From contig OZ260661.1 in assembly GCA_965285935.1 (NCBI GenBank), positions 79,360,001-79,424,000 on the forward strand: a DNA stretch of 64,000 bases, written 5' to 3'. Positions 24,727 through 37,700 of the stretch are shown piece by piece (position 1 is the first letter of the stretch; the number at the start of each line of letters is the position of its first letter). The DNA comes from Ophelia neglecta (taxonomy: Eukaryota). A program made the translations under genes and the position numbers. The notes beneath the pieces were generated by a model, which saw only the letters and a program-made list of their open reading frames with translations, was not told the DNA's origin and made no database searches.

Positions 24727-25599
24727 TATATTCATTTATTACCTCCATTTTCTGAAGAGTACAGTTACAATAACTGGAACAGTGCATGCATTTGACCGAA
24801 AGTACTAAAAAGCGAACAAAAAATATATAGTGATTATCAACAATATACATAGATTCTAGACAAACCGAGACAAAAAAAAAGCATAGCAAGGATGCAATGC
24901 TAAACTATTAATTGGCAAAAATAAAATGAAACTGGTACACGAGTTTACATTGGGGCAGTTGATATGTAACATCCTGGGAAATGAGCTTAGCATAGAAATG
25001 CATGTATAACAATTGAATTTATCATAAATGTGCATGCATACAAACTTGCAGGTACTATTCCATTATCAGTCCTATATTTACATATAAACATTTACGTACC
25101 TACACAAGCGGCGAGGCCGATATGATGCATTACCACTGACTAATGTTCAAATATAATTAGCGATATCAAAAGCGTCCACGATAACTGAGAGTTACATTCA
25201 GAGTGATACATTGCCTTCGACTACCACATAATATTTGATTTGCACAGGGGACACTGCCATATGTGCAAACCCACCTTATGCTAAGCTAAGATACTCTCTC
25301 TGGCAAATTCAAATCTATCATGGGATTTATTTCTGCCACACAAATTAATGGTCAGGCCCAGTATGTGCAGAACAAGGTCCTTGTCGTCACAGAGCATGAG
25401 ATGTCTCTCGAATTCAACAGGCCAGAGATCCGTAGACAACCAGAATATCTCTCTTTCAGTAACAAAGACAGGGCAGTAGCAAAAGAAATGCACCAACATG
25501 TCATCGTAGTCGCGACTACACAGGTGACAAAGTCCTGAAATGTTGCACGGGACTGCTAACAGGGACGCAAACGAATATAGAGCTCGCCAGTGGACAGTG
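24727..25599 (-). mobile_element. 5'-truncated non-LTR retrotransposon (ORF2 C-terminal CCHC region plus 3' UTR)
   Basis: Open minus frame from ~25599 to 25281: ...CHLCSRDYDDMLVHFFCYCPVFVTEREIFW...DDKDLVLHILG; AT-rich 3' UTR ending AATAAATGAATATA at ~24740-24727. Confidence 0.8.
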
Positions 25600-25711
25600 G
25601 CAACACTCTGGTGGCTTCCAGATAAAGGAGGGTGGGACGAATAAATGTGCAGCTATAATGGGAGTGCGCCTCACTTCGGAACAAGAATCAGCGGAAAGAA
25701 CAAAAAGAATA
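25600..25711. repeat. 112-bp direct repeat, copy 2 (putative TSD)
   Basis: Identical to 24615-24726. Confidence 0.97.
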
Positions 25712-26230
25712 GTAGGATCGTACTACTATTAAAGGGCATAATGATATTTACCTTTGTCAATCACTATAAACAAACAGACGATCAATGCAGTGTATGAATC
25801 TTTATCTGTCACCAAACGCTACATCGACGCACCTTATTAAAATAGACAAGTGGACAAATAAGCACGTTAAGCTGCGATAGCAGTCTATTCTTCCTTCGAT
25901 ATCAATAAGTTGTATTAGTTCCAGCGTTTACAAAATACTGGTCTCACTTAAAATATATAGGAGTAGGTCACATGGCTATAGCCAGAAGGTTGAATGTTTT
26001 AACGTTTAACCGTCACAGTATCAAACATAACCTGAATGATTCCTCAAACTCATCCTTAGCCTATAGGCATCAATTTATAATCTCATATCCATATTTTCAT
26101 GCCAAAAAATGGCCTTTTTGCACCCACATAGATGGGTTCCGCCGGTATCATTATCGGCTATCAAAAGCTTCGAGATAATGGCGAAGACCTCGAGGTACAT
26201 TTATAAAAATCCATTGAAAATTGCATCAAA
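25600..26230 (+). mobile_element. Ancient CR1-group LINE RT fossil, 3' part
   Basis: IVGS..LL..(I)NDI, TDD (cf. ADD), LIKIDKWTNK, KYIGV, RRPRG..IKI (cf. RRLRGD...YKI). Confidence 0.55.
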
Positions 26231-27699
26231 ACAGATGTTTTCTGTGATAGCTCTTTGATCCTAGCTTAGTCTATCACCTGCGTCGATGCAAAAGCGGTTT
26301 GTCAGTCGTATTCAAGTTTAACAACGTGGGCAAAAAAGCCACGGTAACGCTTATAAATCCCACTTTATGGCCATTACATAATGTGTTCAGTGTGAATAAT
26401 ATCATGTGGCATTCAAAATGGCATTGAGTGGCATGCTTACTGTCACAATTTGAATGAAAAGGCAGCAGGAAACAAGGGATGTAATGCCTCGACTTGCTGT
26501 ATCAATAAATACAGATAGTGCTACCTAGAAAGTATTGCGCTACGGCAAATAGTCCTAATGTAACAGTATTGGTAAAATACCCTCATGGTATATGTACAAG
26601 AAAAGGCATGATCATGAAATATTGATCCGGGATTAGCTTTGTAATCACGATATATGTAAACACTGGCTCTGACCAGAAGCTAACTACAGCCTTGAACCAT
26701 ATCATGCTCATAGTCACAGGCTATCACATCTCGGCAGAAACGAAAATAACGTCAAATATGAATCGAAGCGCTCATAAACCAAATGCGAGGTTTAATAAGC
26801 AAAACTATGGTTCGTTACTCGTGACAATCTTCTGATAGGGAACGGTCGTTAATCTGTAATAACGGCTGGTAAAAAGCCGCTAGAGCTCTACTATACAACC
26901 ATTAGGGCTTGTTAAGCAATGCAATTCTTGCCAGATCCGAAAAATCTAGTCGGTGTAAAAACTCAATTGAGTTGGCTGCCTTCTCTAGGCGGCCCTATTC
27001 TTGAGGGAGCCAAATACACCAAGCACGACACTAGTGAACTGGGAGCTGGAAAAAGTGTCGTCTAAGTAACTTTTTAATTCTATTCATGGCTCATTATTTG
27101 GCAAGAAACCAAAAGTAGAATAAAAGCGGAATGCTAAATACTCGGTAGGTCGCCTACTAAGGCAAGTGTTGCTTTCTTACTACACAAAATAATGCGAAAA
27201 ATGAGAGCCAAACTTATAACGTCCATTTGATGAGGCTATCGACCAGGGCTTGCGACAGAGATGATTTATAAACCCTACGGGCATCATCAAATTCATTTGT
27301 TTATACAAAGTACTAGCTAGCTAGACAGAACTTCATCTTCTCTGTCTCTATACGTGGCTTAATGGAGTGGAAGGCACCAATTTCTTCGATCAATCTCCAA
27401 CGACTATTTTTAAAATATTGCCCAGGGTTTAGTCAGGTGTTTTGAATAAAACAAAACCGACTTAAGCCTTTTTGTGAGATATAGAATATGACATACCTAT
27501 AGGCCTGTAGTGTAAAGTTGTCTTCTTGCCTGGATTCCTCTCTCGCTGTCTGTTGGAACTCAATAGCTGCAGTCACATAAGCTTATCCCTTGAAACGTTC
27601 CTTAAGTTTTGCTGGCATCGCTGTTGAAAAGGAGACTCAACAAAATGCATATCTTAAGATTTGAGATGCTGGTATTATAGCTACCAGCGACATGTGAAC

Positions 27700-29050
27700 A
27701 TGGAGCTATTTCGATTTGATTATATTTGAAGCGGAAGAATCCCACCTGCGGTCAACTCCCGGTCTGGCTTTACCAAAACATATTCCGACACTTGCTGGAG
27801 GCGATTTGGAAGCGCAGCCAAGAATGATGGCGGCGTGTCGCAATTGGAGGTTGAGGCCAGGCCTATAGTGTTTGAGCTATGTTCACGAAGGGATATATCT
27901 CTCTCAAAAGGCCACTCCGGATCAATGGCTACCATTCCCATCGAAAACCTTCCATAAATTACCAAAGATTCAGGTGTTTGGTGGAAGCTGTTAATTCAAT
28001 CAGTGTCTCCTAGCAGTTCCTCACCGATGAGCTCACATATATCACCCGGGCTACGACAGTGATTGGACCATTGACGGTGTGTCTATATCTTGTCAGCCGT
28101 TATCTGCCCTGACTGTCTTACAAGCTAGCGGCTATATATCATGCAGCCAAACAGTAGCGATCCGACACGCTTGCCAGCTTCTTGGTTACCTGTAGGATTC
28201 AGTGTTGCCTTAAATCGAATATCGAGACGCTGATATTGATTTATGCACTGTCCATATACGCGACTATCATGCCTATGATCAATGCTCATCAAAAACTCGC
28301 GGCACAAAGTCTAGTTAGTACGGCTGAGGGGCTACTTGTGGTGCTGGGCAGCAGCTTTTAGACGTGTCTAGTCGATCAAGAGTTAGTCATTGTACCGTTA
28401 CCACTTCTGTCAAAGGGAAGCTACAAAGAAAACAAAGTCATAAACTGCACCGATAACACTTGAATCGTCTGCTGAGTTAAGAAGAATTGCTTTCACAGTA
28501 AATCAACCATCACCTTAAATCAGTTGAAGTACCAAGTCTGTGCTGTGTTTCCCCTTTCAATCATCTCTAACGGAAGAAGTATGCCTCCGAGCGGCGTGAG
28601 CGCCGTGAATGAATTCAAGTTAAATTGTGAGGTGCAGTATTGAGTTTGGCGCTTTTCTGTATGGTTTTTGCGACAATTGCCGCAAAACCGGATCGTCTGC
28701 ATCCCGAGCGGCGCTGGCCAATCCTGCCTAGAACCGCCGCACGCCGACATTGATCATCCCCACAGAGGCAAGGGTGATAATTCCGTTGGTCGACCTCAGG
28801 AGCTCTTGCCGGCTTGCTACCCGACTGGCAGCACCGAGCCTTTATGAGAACAAGACTCCATGATCTTTCCATCAACCACCACTTTCTGCTACATCTATTC
28901 TTGAAATGCTTTTTTGCAACTGATAAAAATAGCATCACCCTAATAGATCACATCTTTATTCGCTTGATGCCATTGAAAAGAAGATGCCTCACTTCACGCA
29001 ACTGGCTCACCGTGGTGAAGCACACCTCATTCAACCGGGAAGATGGTCAT
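27700..29050 (-). mobile_element. Ancient CR1-group LINE ORF2 fossil (RT and C-terminal region)
   Basis: Minus motifs in order: TVSQLREVRHLL, DAIFISCKKAF, QKVVVDG, GSVL then CGDD ~29 codons later (the GSVLGP-to-FADD spacing), NQEAGKRV, TPPSFLAALPNRLQQVSEYVL. Confidence 0.65.
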
Positions 29051-29785
29051 AAAGAGAGCTCGAGAGGCCTTGTGGTTCCTTGGTCAAGACTGACATGAAA
29101 GACCATTAGAGGCAAGGCCGGGGTATGGGATTGCTATCACAGTCATCTATAGAGACCTATGTGAAGAGGGCCTAGCATTGCCTTTGTAAACATAGTGCTC
29201 TTGCAGGCAAACAAGCCAAATTAGCAAAGCCAACATTATATTTGAGACAGTTTTGCGTCGGAAAAGAAAGAACGTGCCGAATTAGGGCAGTGGCGGTAGT
29301 GGTACTTGACCAGTTATCATTGGTCTATCTCTCAAGCCATCAGTCAACAATTTAGCAGTCACGGTTTACAATTCGCCCCCTGATTAGCCATATCCGATTT
29401 CCAGTACCGAGGCATCTATTTAATAAGGGGACCTACAATAATTCTCCTGGACGAATCTTCAACCCGTTCCCGGAATCTGTACCGCTGTACCAGTTCATCA
29501 CATGTCCCCACAAAATATATATACCTATACACATGAATGGTATTGCCTGTAGATCACTGAACGAATATGTACAGTGAAACATGTATGCCTTAAAGACCAT
29601 CTCTATAATATGACCAGCATTTTCCACTTCCTTAGGTGCTATCTTTTGACAGGTTTCACTGTACGCCAGATAATCCATGGATGTTAACTAAAGGATTTGG
29701 GGAAAGGGTGAGTCCCTATAGCAGCTATTACTGACAGAGCGATGTGTGATTTACTTGCCCCTGTGTTGGTGTCAGTCTTATACAC

Positions 29786-29868
29786 ATATCCATATCCATA
29801 TCCATATACATATACATATACGTATGCATATACATATACATATACCTATACATATACATATACATATA
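29786..29868. repeat. (CATATA)n microsatellite
   Basis: Read directly. Confidence 0.92.
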
Positions 29869-31319
29869 TTTTCACAACATTTGTACAAGTACACGATTTA
29901 GCAATAAAAGAATGAAAAAAGTTGTAACACCACCATAGAGAGAAGGATTGGCTATTATAATGCCTGTATATGAATCAAAAGGTGCGGTGAATGTGATTCC
30001 AATAAGGCATAGAAACAATGAAGAAAAATTACCCAACCTTACTTTATTACTTTGATATTAAACTATTTCCATCATATTTTTAAACTCCGAAGGCAATCAT
30101 TATTGCAAAAGTGTTCTGACCTAAGAGTTAGTGTTTTATCTGCTCTTCAAAGCATGCGCACGTTTCCGGCGCAGTGATAGGTTTACCTACCGGCTGGCGT
30201 TGCAACCCTATCTTTTGCCATTGATTGAAAGGTTCAAGAGTCGACTCCACATGACCCATACCTTCAAATTATCGGCTCTCATTTCTGATCAATCCGAAAA
30301 TAGAGAGATCAAATATCTACGACTTGGTTTGATCTGGCGCTGGGCGTTAGCAGCTATTAATGTGCATCATTCCGTTAATATGTCTAATCACCCGAGAGGT
30401 GAACCAAGACTAGGTTTTTTGGTACGACTAGCTAATATTGATTCACGGTTAAGCACGTCGACCCGTATCAACTGTGGTAGATACCCACTTATTCATGGTA
30501 CATTTACACTCATATGGGCAAAGGGGTTGCCCCAATTCCACAACTCGAACTTTTTTGTCAACGTTTTTTTTTTGACCGAAAGATCCACATTTGTTTAACC
30601 GTCGGAACGGAATAGTGGTATTTTCGTATAAATACTGAACAAACGCTGGTTGTATCAACAAATCAGCTGGTCTACATCTGACGCTGGCCCAATTAGCTCG
30701 GCGTCATTGCGACTTTATAAACATTCGCCTATATAGGCCTAGTTTGGCCGGGTCTTATATATAAAAAAAAACCCGCAATGATCACAATAAAGACCTGTGT
30801 GCAATGATGTCTTCAAAGTGAGGATGTCAGAACAGGTCTAGGCCCACACACAACCTTTATTATCAGTAGTCATTTCAATGTCCAAAATTTACATATTGAT
30901 AAAAATGCCCGTCTGGTTGATCAGTGGTCGTTTTTCTGGCATTATGTATTTTGTCCTAACTTTGCACATAAAATAAAATGTAACGCATCTAGATTTAAGT
31001 CGGAGACTCGCTCTCTTGACAAGTGATTTCTGTAAGAAAGGGTATAGAAGCAATAGTTAGACAGCCTAGTTTTACCCAGCCCTCGGTGATTCCGTTACGG
31101 CCCCTTCCGGTTACAACGGCAGAATGACGTCATAGACCTAAAGTTGGCGTCCATTAAATGAAACTGTATAGAAAGAATGTCTGACATCTTCGACACATGT
31201 CTCCCGCCGGCTCTCGCATCTTTTCCTTTCTGATCTCCGAATTGCCTTATATTTTCAAACGTCCCTTTGTGAATGAATAGGCCGCTACACCTAGTATAGA
31301 ATCTCCTGTTCAACAGATG

Positions 31320-31830
31320 TCCACACCAGATTATTACCCACAATACACTGCTGTGGTTGTGCAGAAAGGGATGGAGTTGCCAAATAAGTACATAATATCC
31401 TCAAACACAATATAAGATGAAAAACTATTTACAAATATTGATCGACTCTGAAATGGCAAGCGAGAGATTTCAGATAGATTGGGTGTCTGCTTAAATAGAA
31501 AACATAAATTGGCTATTATGAATAAATAATCATAGACCAATTACCATTTATTATCGACTGTCACAAATCTATTTTTTTTCGGTAGCATATTTGTCGCTTG
31601 TGTAAGGGAATTTCTTCGATGTGACATACTATTTGTTTCAACATTAAGGAGGCCGATGTCTGAAGTTTACCTGAGAAGTTTCTTGGTCGGAGGTTAAATC
31701 TGATACCAGTATTTGTTTATCAGACATCAAGAAGCTTCGAATCAGGTAAACGTCTTGCTTGACGACTTCCACGTTCTCGTTTGTACTAAAATAAATCGGG
31801 TCTGAGCCTATAGTCTGTGGCGAACTCAAG
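31320..31830 (-). mobile_element. Ancient L2/Crack-group LINE fossil
   Basis: IYFSTNENVEVV (post-FADD region), LNVETNSM (cf. SLNV.KTNYM), VTVDNKM (cf. GV.ID.KL), HPFLH...VLW (cf. PYL.Y..VWG). Confidence 0.5.
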
Positions 31831-32109
31831 TCACATGTGTAACGTTAGGAGTTCCGCCAAAGCTAAAGCAGTGATTCTTTAATCTAAATGAGTTCAATCT
31901 TAAGTTCACCTCATCTGTTATTGGGCGCTTTAATCCCTATGTATACTATGTAATCAGCTGGCTAATGTACTTTGAAATTGGCATCTAATTTGTATAATAA
32001 CAGTAGACTAAAATATAAGACATTGCTTGATATGAAATGATCAAACATCATTCAATAGTATAAAAAAATGACTGGTGTGTTAAACAACTGTATGAGACAC
32101 AGTATAGAA

Positions 32110-32200
32110 TACCATTACCCTAGGGTTAAAGATGCAGTGACACTGAAATGTGAAATTGCCCGAGGAGAACCCGAGGGCTTTCAGGCCCTATAATGTTATC
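32110..32200. repeat. Possible remnant of a palindromic non-autonomous repeat
   Basis: AAATTGCCCGAGGAGAACCCGAGGGC resembles the GCCCGAGGCGAAGCCGAGGGC core I recall from marine-invertebrate palindromic repeats; from memory only. Confidence 0.25.
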
Positions 32201-35200
32201 ATGTTATTCAGTGTTTCGCTCGCCGGCAGATATGTAGCGTCGCTCACAATGGTAAAATAAGCATCTATAAAAGTTACGGTTGCGCCATAGATTGCCCTTT
32301 AGGACTTTTTGCTCAGACAATATAGGGTCTATGCTAAAAGTGCGCTTTCGAATGTCCAACTTGAGCAACAAAGATAGATATATTACCTGACAATTTCCTA
32401 TTATGGCCCACCAGAGTTAGCTGGATAAATGAGTCAAACACGTGTAACCTAATCGCTGCATGTTTATCGTTGCATGTTTCTAAACGCCGGTTAATAATGC
32501 AGATGAAAATCCCCGAAGTGATGCATGTTTCTAATATATATTGACCGGTTTACGATAAATAGTTGATAAGCCGTTTCTAGCCAAGCCCTGTAATCTGGTC
32601 TGGGCATGGACTCCTATGTGACCCTTTTCCGTATACCAGGCTGGCAAAACCTGCTATTCAACAGACTTGCGACTCCTTTCTTTACCATCACGAAGTTGAA
32701 TCTTATGAGACTGAAATATGAGCCTACATGAAACGTCAACAGTTCCTGTTGTAATATAGCAGCGCGACTTTGCAGCGCATCGCAGATTACAGGCAGCCCT
32801 AATAGGGGATTGCGTGGGGAATTTTTCTTAAACTGCGATCAGTCAAATTTTTTCTTTATAGCATGTAAGAAGGGTAATTTATCCCTCTTTAATCAATATG
32901 TGTTGACAGTGAACAGCTAAATTAATTTCCAGAGACCTGTTAAATCTGTTTTACGATATCCATGAAGCGTCATTTTATCCACCCTCCGTTTTCCACACGC
33001 CTGCCCACTCATCCATGCTCCCACCGGCGGTATACATCCAATCACTTTCAGTACAATTTCATCTAATATAGATAAAGTTTTAACTATAAGGTTTCAAATC
33101 ACTTCTAAAGAGTTATTCTATTAAGTCGATTCAGAAACGTCGGTATCAAAGAACCATAGTTAAGAATTTGGCCTAATCTAATTGCTTATAGTTTCAGTGC
33201 TCCGTTATCTATGTTGTACTAAGTAATTCCCAAACGACTGACTCAAAGTCCAAGAAATCGATGCTCACAAGTACTTGTTCATATCTGTATGAGATTCAAA
33301 ATAGAAGTCCCCATTTTAACTGAGAATTTATAAATTACTGCCTCGTGGCAGACCCCTCCCTTTTCTTAATTAACTTATTAGACCTATGTTTAATAAATAA
33401 ATAAATATTATTAAGTAAGCTTTGATATTAGGATTCTAGTATAAGCCGTGATGATTTAATCCAATTCACCAGATCTAATAAAATTCCTGGATATCCATAT
33501 GATTGGGATTTTCTTTTTTCCATTATCTGGTTGTCGAACTATAGGCCCTACTAAGCGATCCCAGAATTAATCACCTAGATGTGAAGAAATCGAATCTTAG
33601 AAGTATAATTAATAAGTATTTTTAGGTTAATATATTTGCAAATAGGCACCGAGTACTTGGGTCTGCCATGTGTACGAGGTGTTGGGCTGTTCTCCATATT
33701 GATCTGCTGGTCAAATGAGCCACTGGCTGACCATGGCCATGCACCACACCAGACGAGACTACTGAATGGAGAAATGCCAAGAACGGCGAAAGACATGTCA
33801 ATTAGGAATTGGAACATGTAAATCCACTTCTTCTCAGGAAATCAAACTTATTCAATTAAAATCGAACAATACACTGGAAAAGACCCAATAAATGAGACTG
33901 ACAAACTTGGAGAAGCCAGACACGGTGGGATCTGGGGTTCTCTCGGGGGTCTTTGCGGCTCACCGAATAGCTGAGTTAATCTGGGGCTACGTGACGAAAG
34001 GCTTTAGGAATTTAAAAAAAATGGATCTTAAGGTTAATCTCTCCATTGCGGACACTAGACCAAAGGAGCAGTGAGGAATATTCGAAAGAATGATAAAATA
34101 AATCTCATTTAAAAAAAAGATACATATGCAACGCTTCTTTCAGTCGTGTTGTAAATGAAAAGAACTAAAACATCTGTACGTATATTACTGCATTGTACAC
34201 TTTATTGTCATGTATTTTGACCCAATGCTTCGTGAAGGAGGACATAGGGTTACTTATCGGAGACGGTTAACTTCAATCATACTCACCGCGGCTTGAAATA
34301 AACATTTGTTTTAATGGAATGAATTAAGGGAGCAAGCCTCTTGCCCGTCGGAATAACAATTGAATAGTTCTATCAATCATCTTCTGTATTTGGCCGCTTT
34401 CTAATTAGTTGAGTTCGAGACGGAATTAGGGTGAGGCCTCTACTACAGGGGCCTAAGACGGGGAGCTTCACCTGGTCATCACTAACAAGAAAGACAAGAC
34501 CGCCCCCCCCCCCCCCCCACCATCAATCTCTCGAGAACTTCTCTCTCTTCCAGACGGCAAGCTAGTTAGGATTAGGCCGCCCTTTGAACATGGCTTTGTT
34601 TCTGATCAGATGATGACATTTTAAACTCAGTCCGTGGAGGATATCCGTCTGACGTCAATGGGGCGACACAGCTGCGCATTAATAATTTTAGTCTTTCTGA
34701 AGCTAATCTCACTTATCTGAAGAATACGCATTTGTTGGCACCGATTGCAGAGCTCTGCCATAATTCATTTTAAGCAGATAACCTTTGGATATAGATGGAT
34801 TAAATTCGCCATGAAACATCTACATGCACAGATATACCAAACCTGAAAATGTTATTTGTGTATTGTATTATTTTAATTTTGTCGAAGACGAGTCCCATTT
34901 TGTCTATTTATTCATCCTATAATCTGCTTCGTGATCTGTTTCTTCAAAATATCATTGTCGTCCCTCGGTAGATGGTCTGGACATGAAAAACAATATCAGA
35001 CACATGTGAACTAACAGAAGACAGTATCAAGCACAACTTACAAAATATCTTTTTTGATTCTATATTGTTAGAATAATATAATTTGCAATACGTCATAACA
35101 CGTCTGTTTTTTTTATATAGGTTCATTTGTTTTGTTTGGTGAGACTTGGAAGAGCGTGTGTTCCTTCCTGCGATGAATGTTTCCATTTCAATGCTAGGCC

Positions 35201-35356
35201 TTTTTGAAGTAACTCTTATTCCTGCGGGGATAGTATCTTTCTTTTCATCTTTTGTATGGAAATACGTACATACATCTGTGTATACCAGGCTTTTACTCTA
35301 CAAATAACTTTATTCGCCTTAACTGGAGGCACATACAAATGATTCAGAGGTAACAT

Positions 35357-35532
35357 TGTCCCATCAGGGGTCAAGTCGTGATATTTCGCGCATCGTTTAA
35401 ATGCGCGCTTGAAGTAGGTTACTTCCGGGCATGAAGCAGCTCATTCTGCGCACTGCTGACCCTGGAATGAGCCTATTTACTGCGCGGAATAAAACGGATG
35501 CGCGAAATTCCCAGAATTTACCCTAAAGGACA
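35357..35532. mobile_element. Foldback/palindromic element, ~176 bp
   Basis: Perfect ATTTCGCGCATC (35383-35394)/GATGCGCGAAAT (35497-35508), with imperfect complementarity extending outward to TGTCC/GGACA and inward toward the axis at ~35445. Confidence 0.7.
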
Positions 35533-35984
35533 CAGCTAGGTACAGCCCTTTATCCACTTTATGGACTTGGTTTCAGTTCTCAGTTGATCTATCTATCTTG
35601 TTAGTATTATCCGGATCAATCCTCCTTGACATCAAAGAATATCGTTTAAGTTTTGTGATGCCTATGGATGTTGTTTTCCTAAGTCAATGAGACTATTATT
35701 AATATCGATATACAGACTATGTGACATGGATTGCCTGGGAGATTTTGGTGGACAATTCGTGATATCTTGCAAGACAGATTTTTGTCCAGGGATCATTGCG
35801 CGATCTCTGCTCGTTTGGCGTATTTATACAAACTTATCATTTCTTAAGAGTATATAGGACTACAGTGTTATACCGCCTTCCGGGATCAATGCTTGCTTCA
35901 ACAGCATCAACTGTCCAGTATGACATTGTCCAGATAACATCATACTAAGGAAGTGTGGGGCATTGAGTTCAGCAGAAAATCGAA

Positions 35985-36385
35985 TTAAAAGATAAAAATA
36001 TTTATAAATAAATATTAAAGAAGTGACTCGATAAAGCAATCGCACTCACTGTTTTTTTTATATCAATGAATAAATTTCGAGTTTTGAATGTTTCTTCGGA
36101 ATTTTACTGACACACTCACACGTATATCCTAAATAATCATAAGGAAACATGCAAGGTTCGTGTTAATAGTACCGAAAACAAGTGAGAAATTAAACTGATG
36201 GGGTTTGATAAACAGTTTGTAGAGTACGGCACTGATGTTGTGAGGAAATTTGGTAGCAGATGTTAGGAATTTCTGATACTTTGATGAAAACATATTTATG
36301 GTATCCCTTGGAAGTGAGAAAAAAGGCATCATGGGTACCCTATCTTGTTCAAGGGTAACCTTTCCAGTTCAAATGCACTGCAGAG
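35985..36385 (-). mobile_element. Ancient L2/Crack-group LINE fossil (post-RT region)
   Basis: ELERL..KIG, LTSKGYHKYVFIKVS, FPHNISAVLYKLFIKPH.FNFSLVFG, LIFIYKYFYLL. Confidence 0.6.
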
Positions 36386-36889
36386 AGATGTTGAAAGATT
36401 TCTTACCATGATATCTAGGTAGTGAAATAGGAGCCCGTGCAGCGTTCCCTCACAACCCCACATCAATAAGTCAGGATTAAAGGCGAGAACACCGGGGCAC
36501 CGACTCCCGGCCACTCGCCTAATGGCGCTTTGAATGTCGTCGGCTATCCGCGTTCAATGTAATTCCGTAAGCAATACAATTCAATTGCCGAAATCACACG
36601 TTCAAAGGGGTGCAGCTATCACTATTCATGTAACGGGTCAAAGAAAATCGAAAAAGATCAATATAATTCAAGCCTCGAGTGATTCAGTTTGTTTACAAGA
36701 TTACTCTGCTCGGATATATCCATCAATGCCTGGTTAATTTTCCACAGACGACTTGAAGCGGGCGGAAGGAAATAAGTATTCGCACTATTTTCCTGCTCTA
36801 GCTAAGGCAGCGTCCACACCTGCACTGCTTTTTACAACTTTAAAATGAAAAACTTATCTCCGAGTCTAACAACTCCACTCCAATGTTCA

Positions 36890-37700
36890 TAGAGCCTGAA
36901 TCTGATTTAACCAATGACTTGGACGGTCGAACAGAGATCCATCAAAGATGCCTGCCTTCAGGGTGAAAGATAAAAAAATGGACGTAAACTAAAATAGAAC
37001 TTAGATTTGGCTTAATAACTATGATGTAAGGTTGGGAAAGGGTTGACAAAGTGGTAAACGGCAGAGTGATACATTCATCTTGCATCTAAAAAATTGAAAT
37101 GGCAGTGTTTCTCATGAATCCATGCCGCGATACTTACATCTACCTACCAAAACGTTCGTTGGTTCCACAAACAGTGAAAATGAATTACCAAAGTAGAAAA
37201 CCCATCAGACAGATTGAAAACCAATTACAGTGCATTATTGAAGAGAATATATGAAATGTTTATTACACAACCATCAGAGCGATCCAAGCGTCTAAAGCCA
37301 TACTTGTCAGTTATAAATGTGATTTGTGCACTTTAATATTTTAAAAGAGTCAGCACTAGTGGATAAATAATTCTAGAAAATCTTATTGATTGAAGTTCAT
37401 CTTTTCAATCTTAGGAATGGCCATGGTTCTTAGATTTAAGTAGGCAGCAGTTGGAACTATTCAAAACGCCGCGTATTCTTCACCACCACACTGGAAAACA
37501 TTGAATCAAATAGTGTATTTGTATTTTTTGTTCTCGTACAGTGTTAACAAATGTGATGTGCTACAGCTAGCTGATATTACCATTTAGAAGAGCACACTTT
37601 TATTTATTTTTACCGTTCTGATGATTTAGCGGATTCCTTTTAGAGAGAAATTCAGGTTTCCGAGATTCATATAGAACTAATATATAAAATATTCTCTGAC
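36890..37700 (+). mobile_element. Possible ancient CR1-group LINE fossil
   Basis: TNDL, KIEMAVF, LE.IQNAA (one frameshift), HWKTLNQ, RTN in the expected order. Confidence 0.4.

Noticed and set aside
24615-25711. LTR/TRIM element with 112-bp LTRs
   Set aside because: No TG...CA ends, PBS or outer TSD; interior is a LINE 3' end and the repeat belongs to an older plus-strand fossil
30131-30598. 155-aa ORF
   Set aside because: GTG start, no recognisable domain; likely chance
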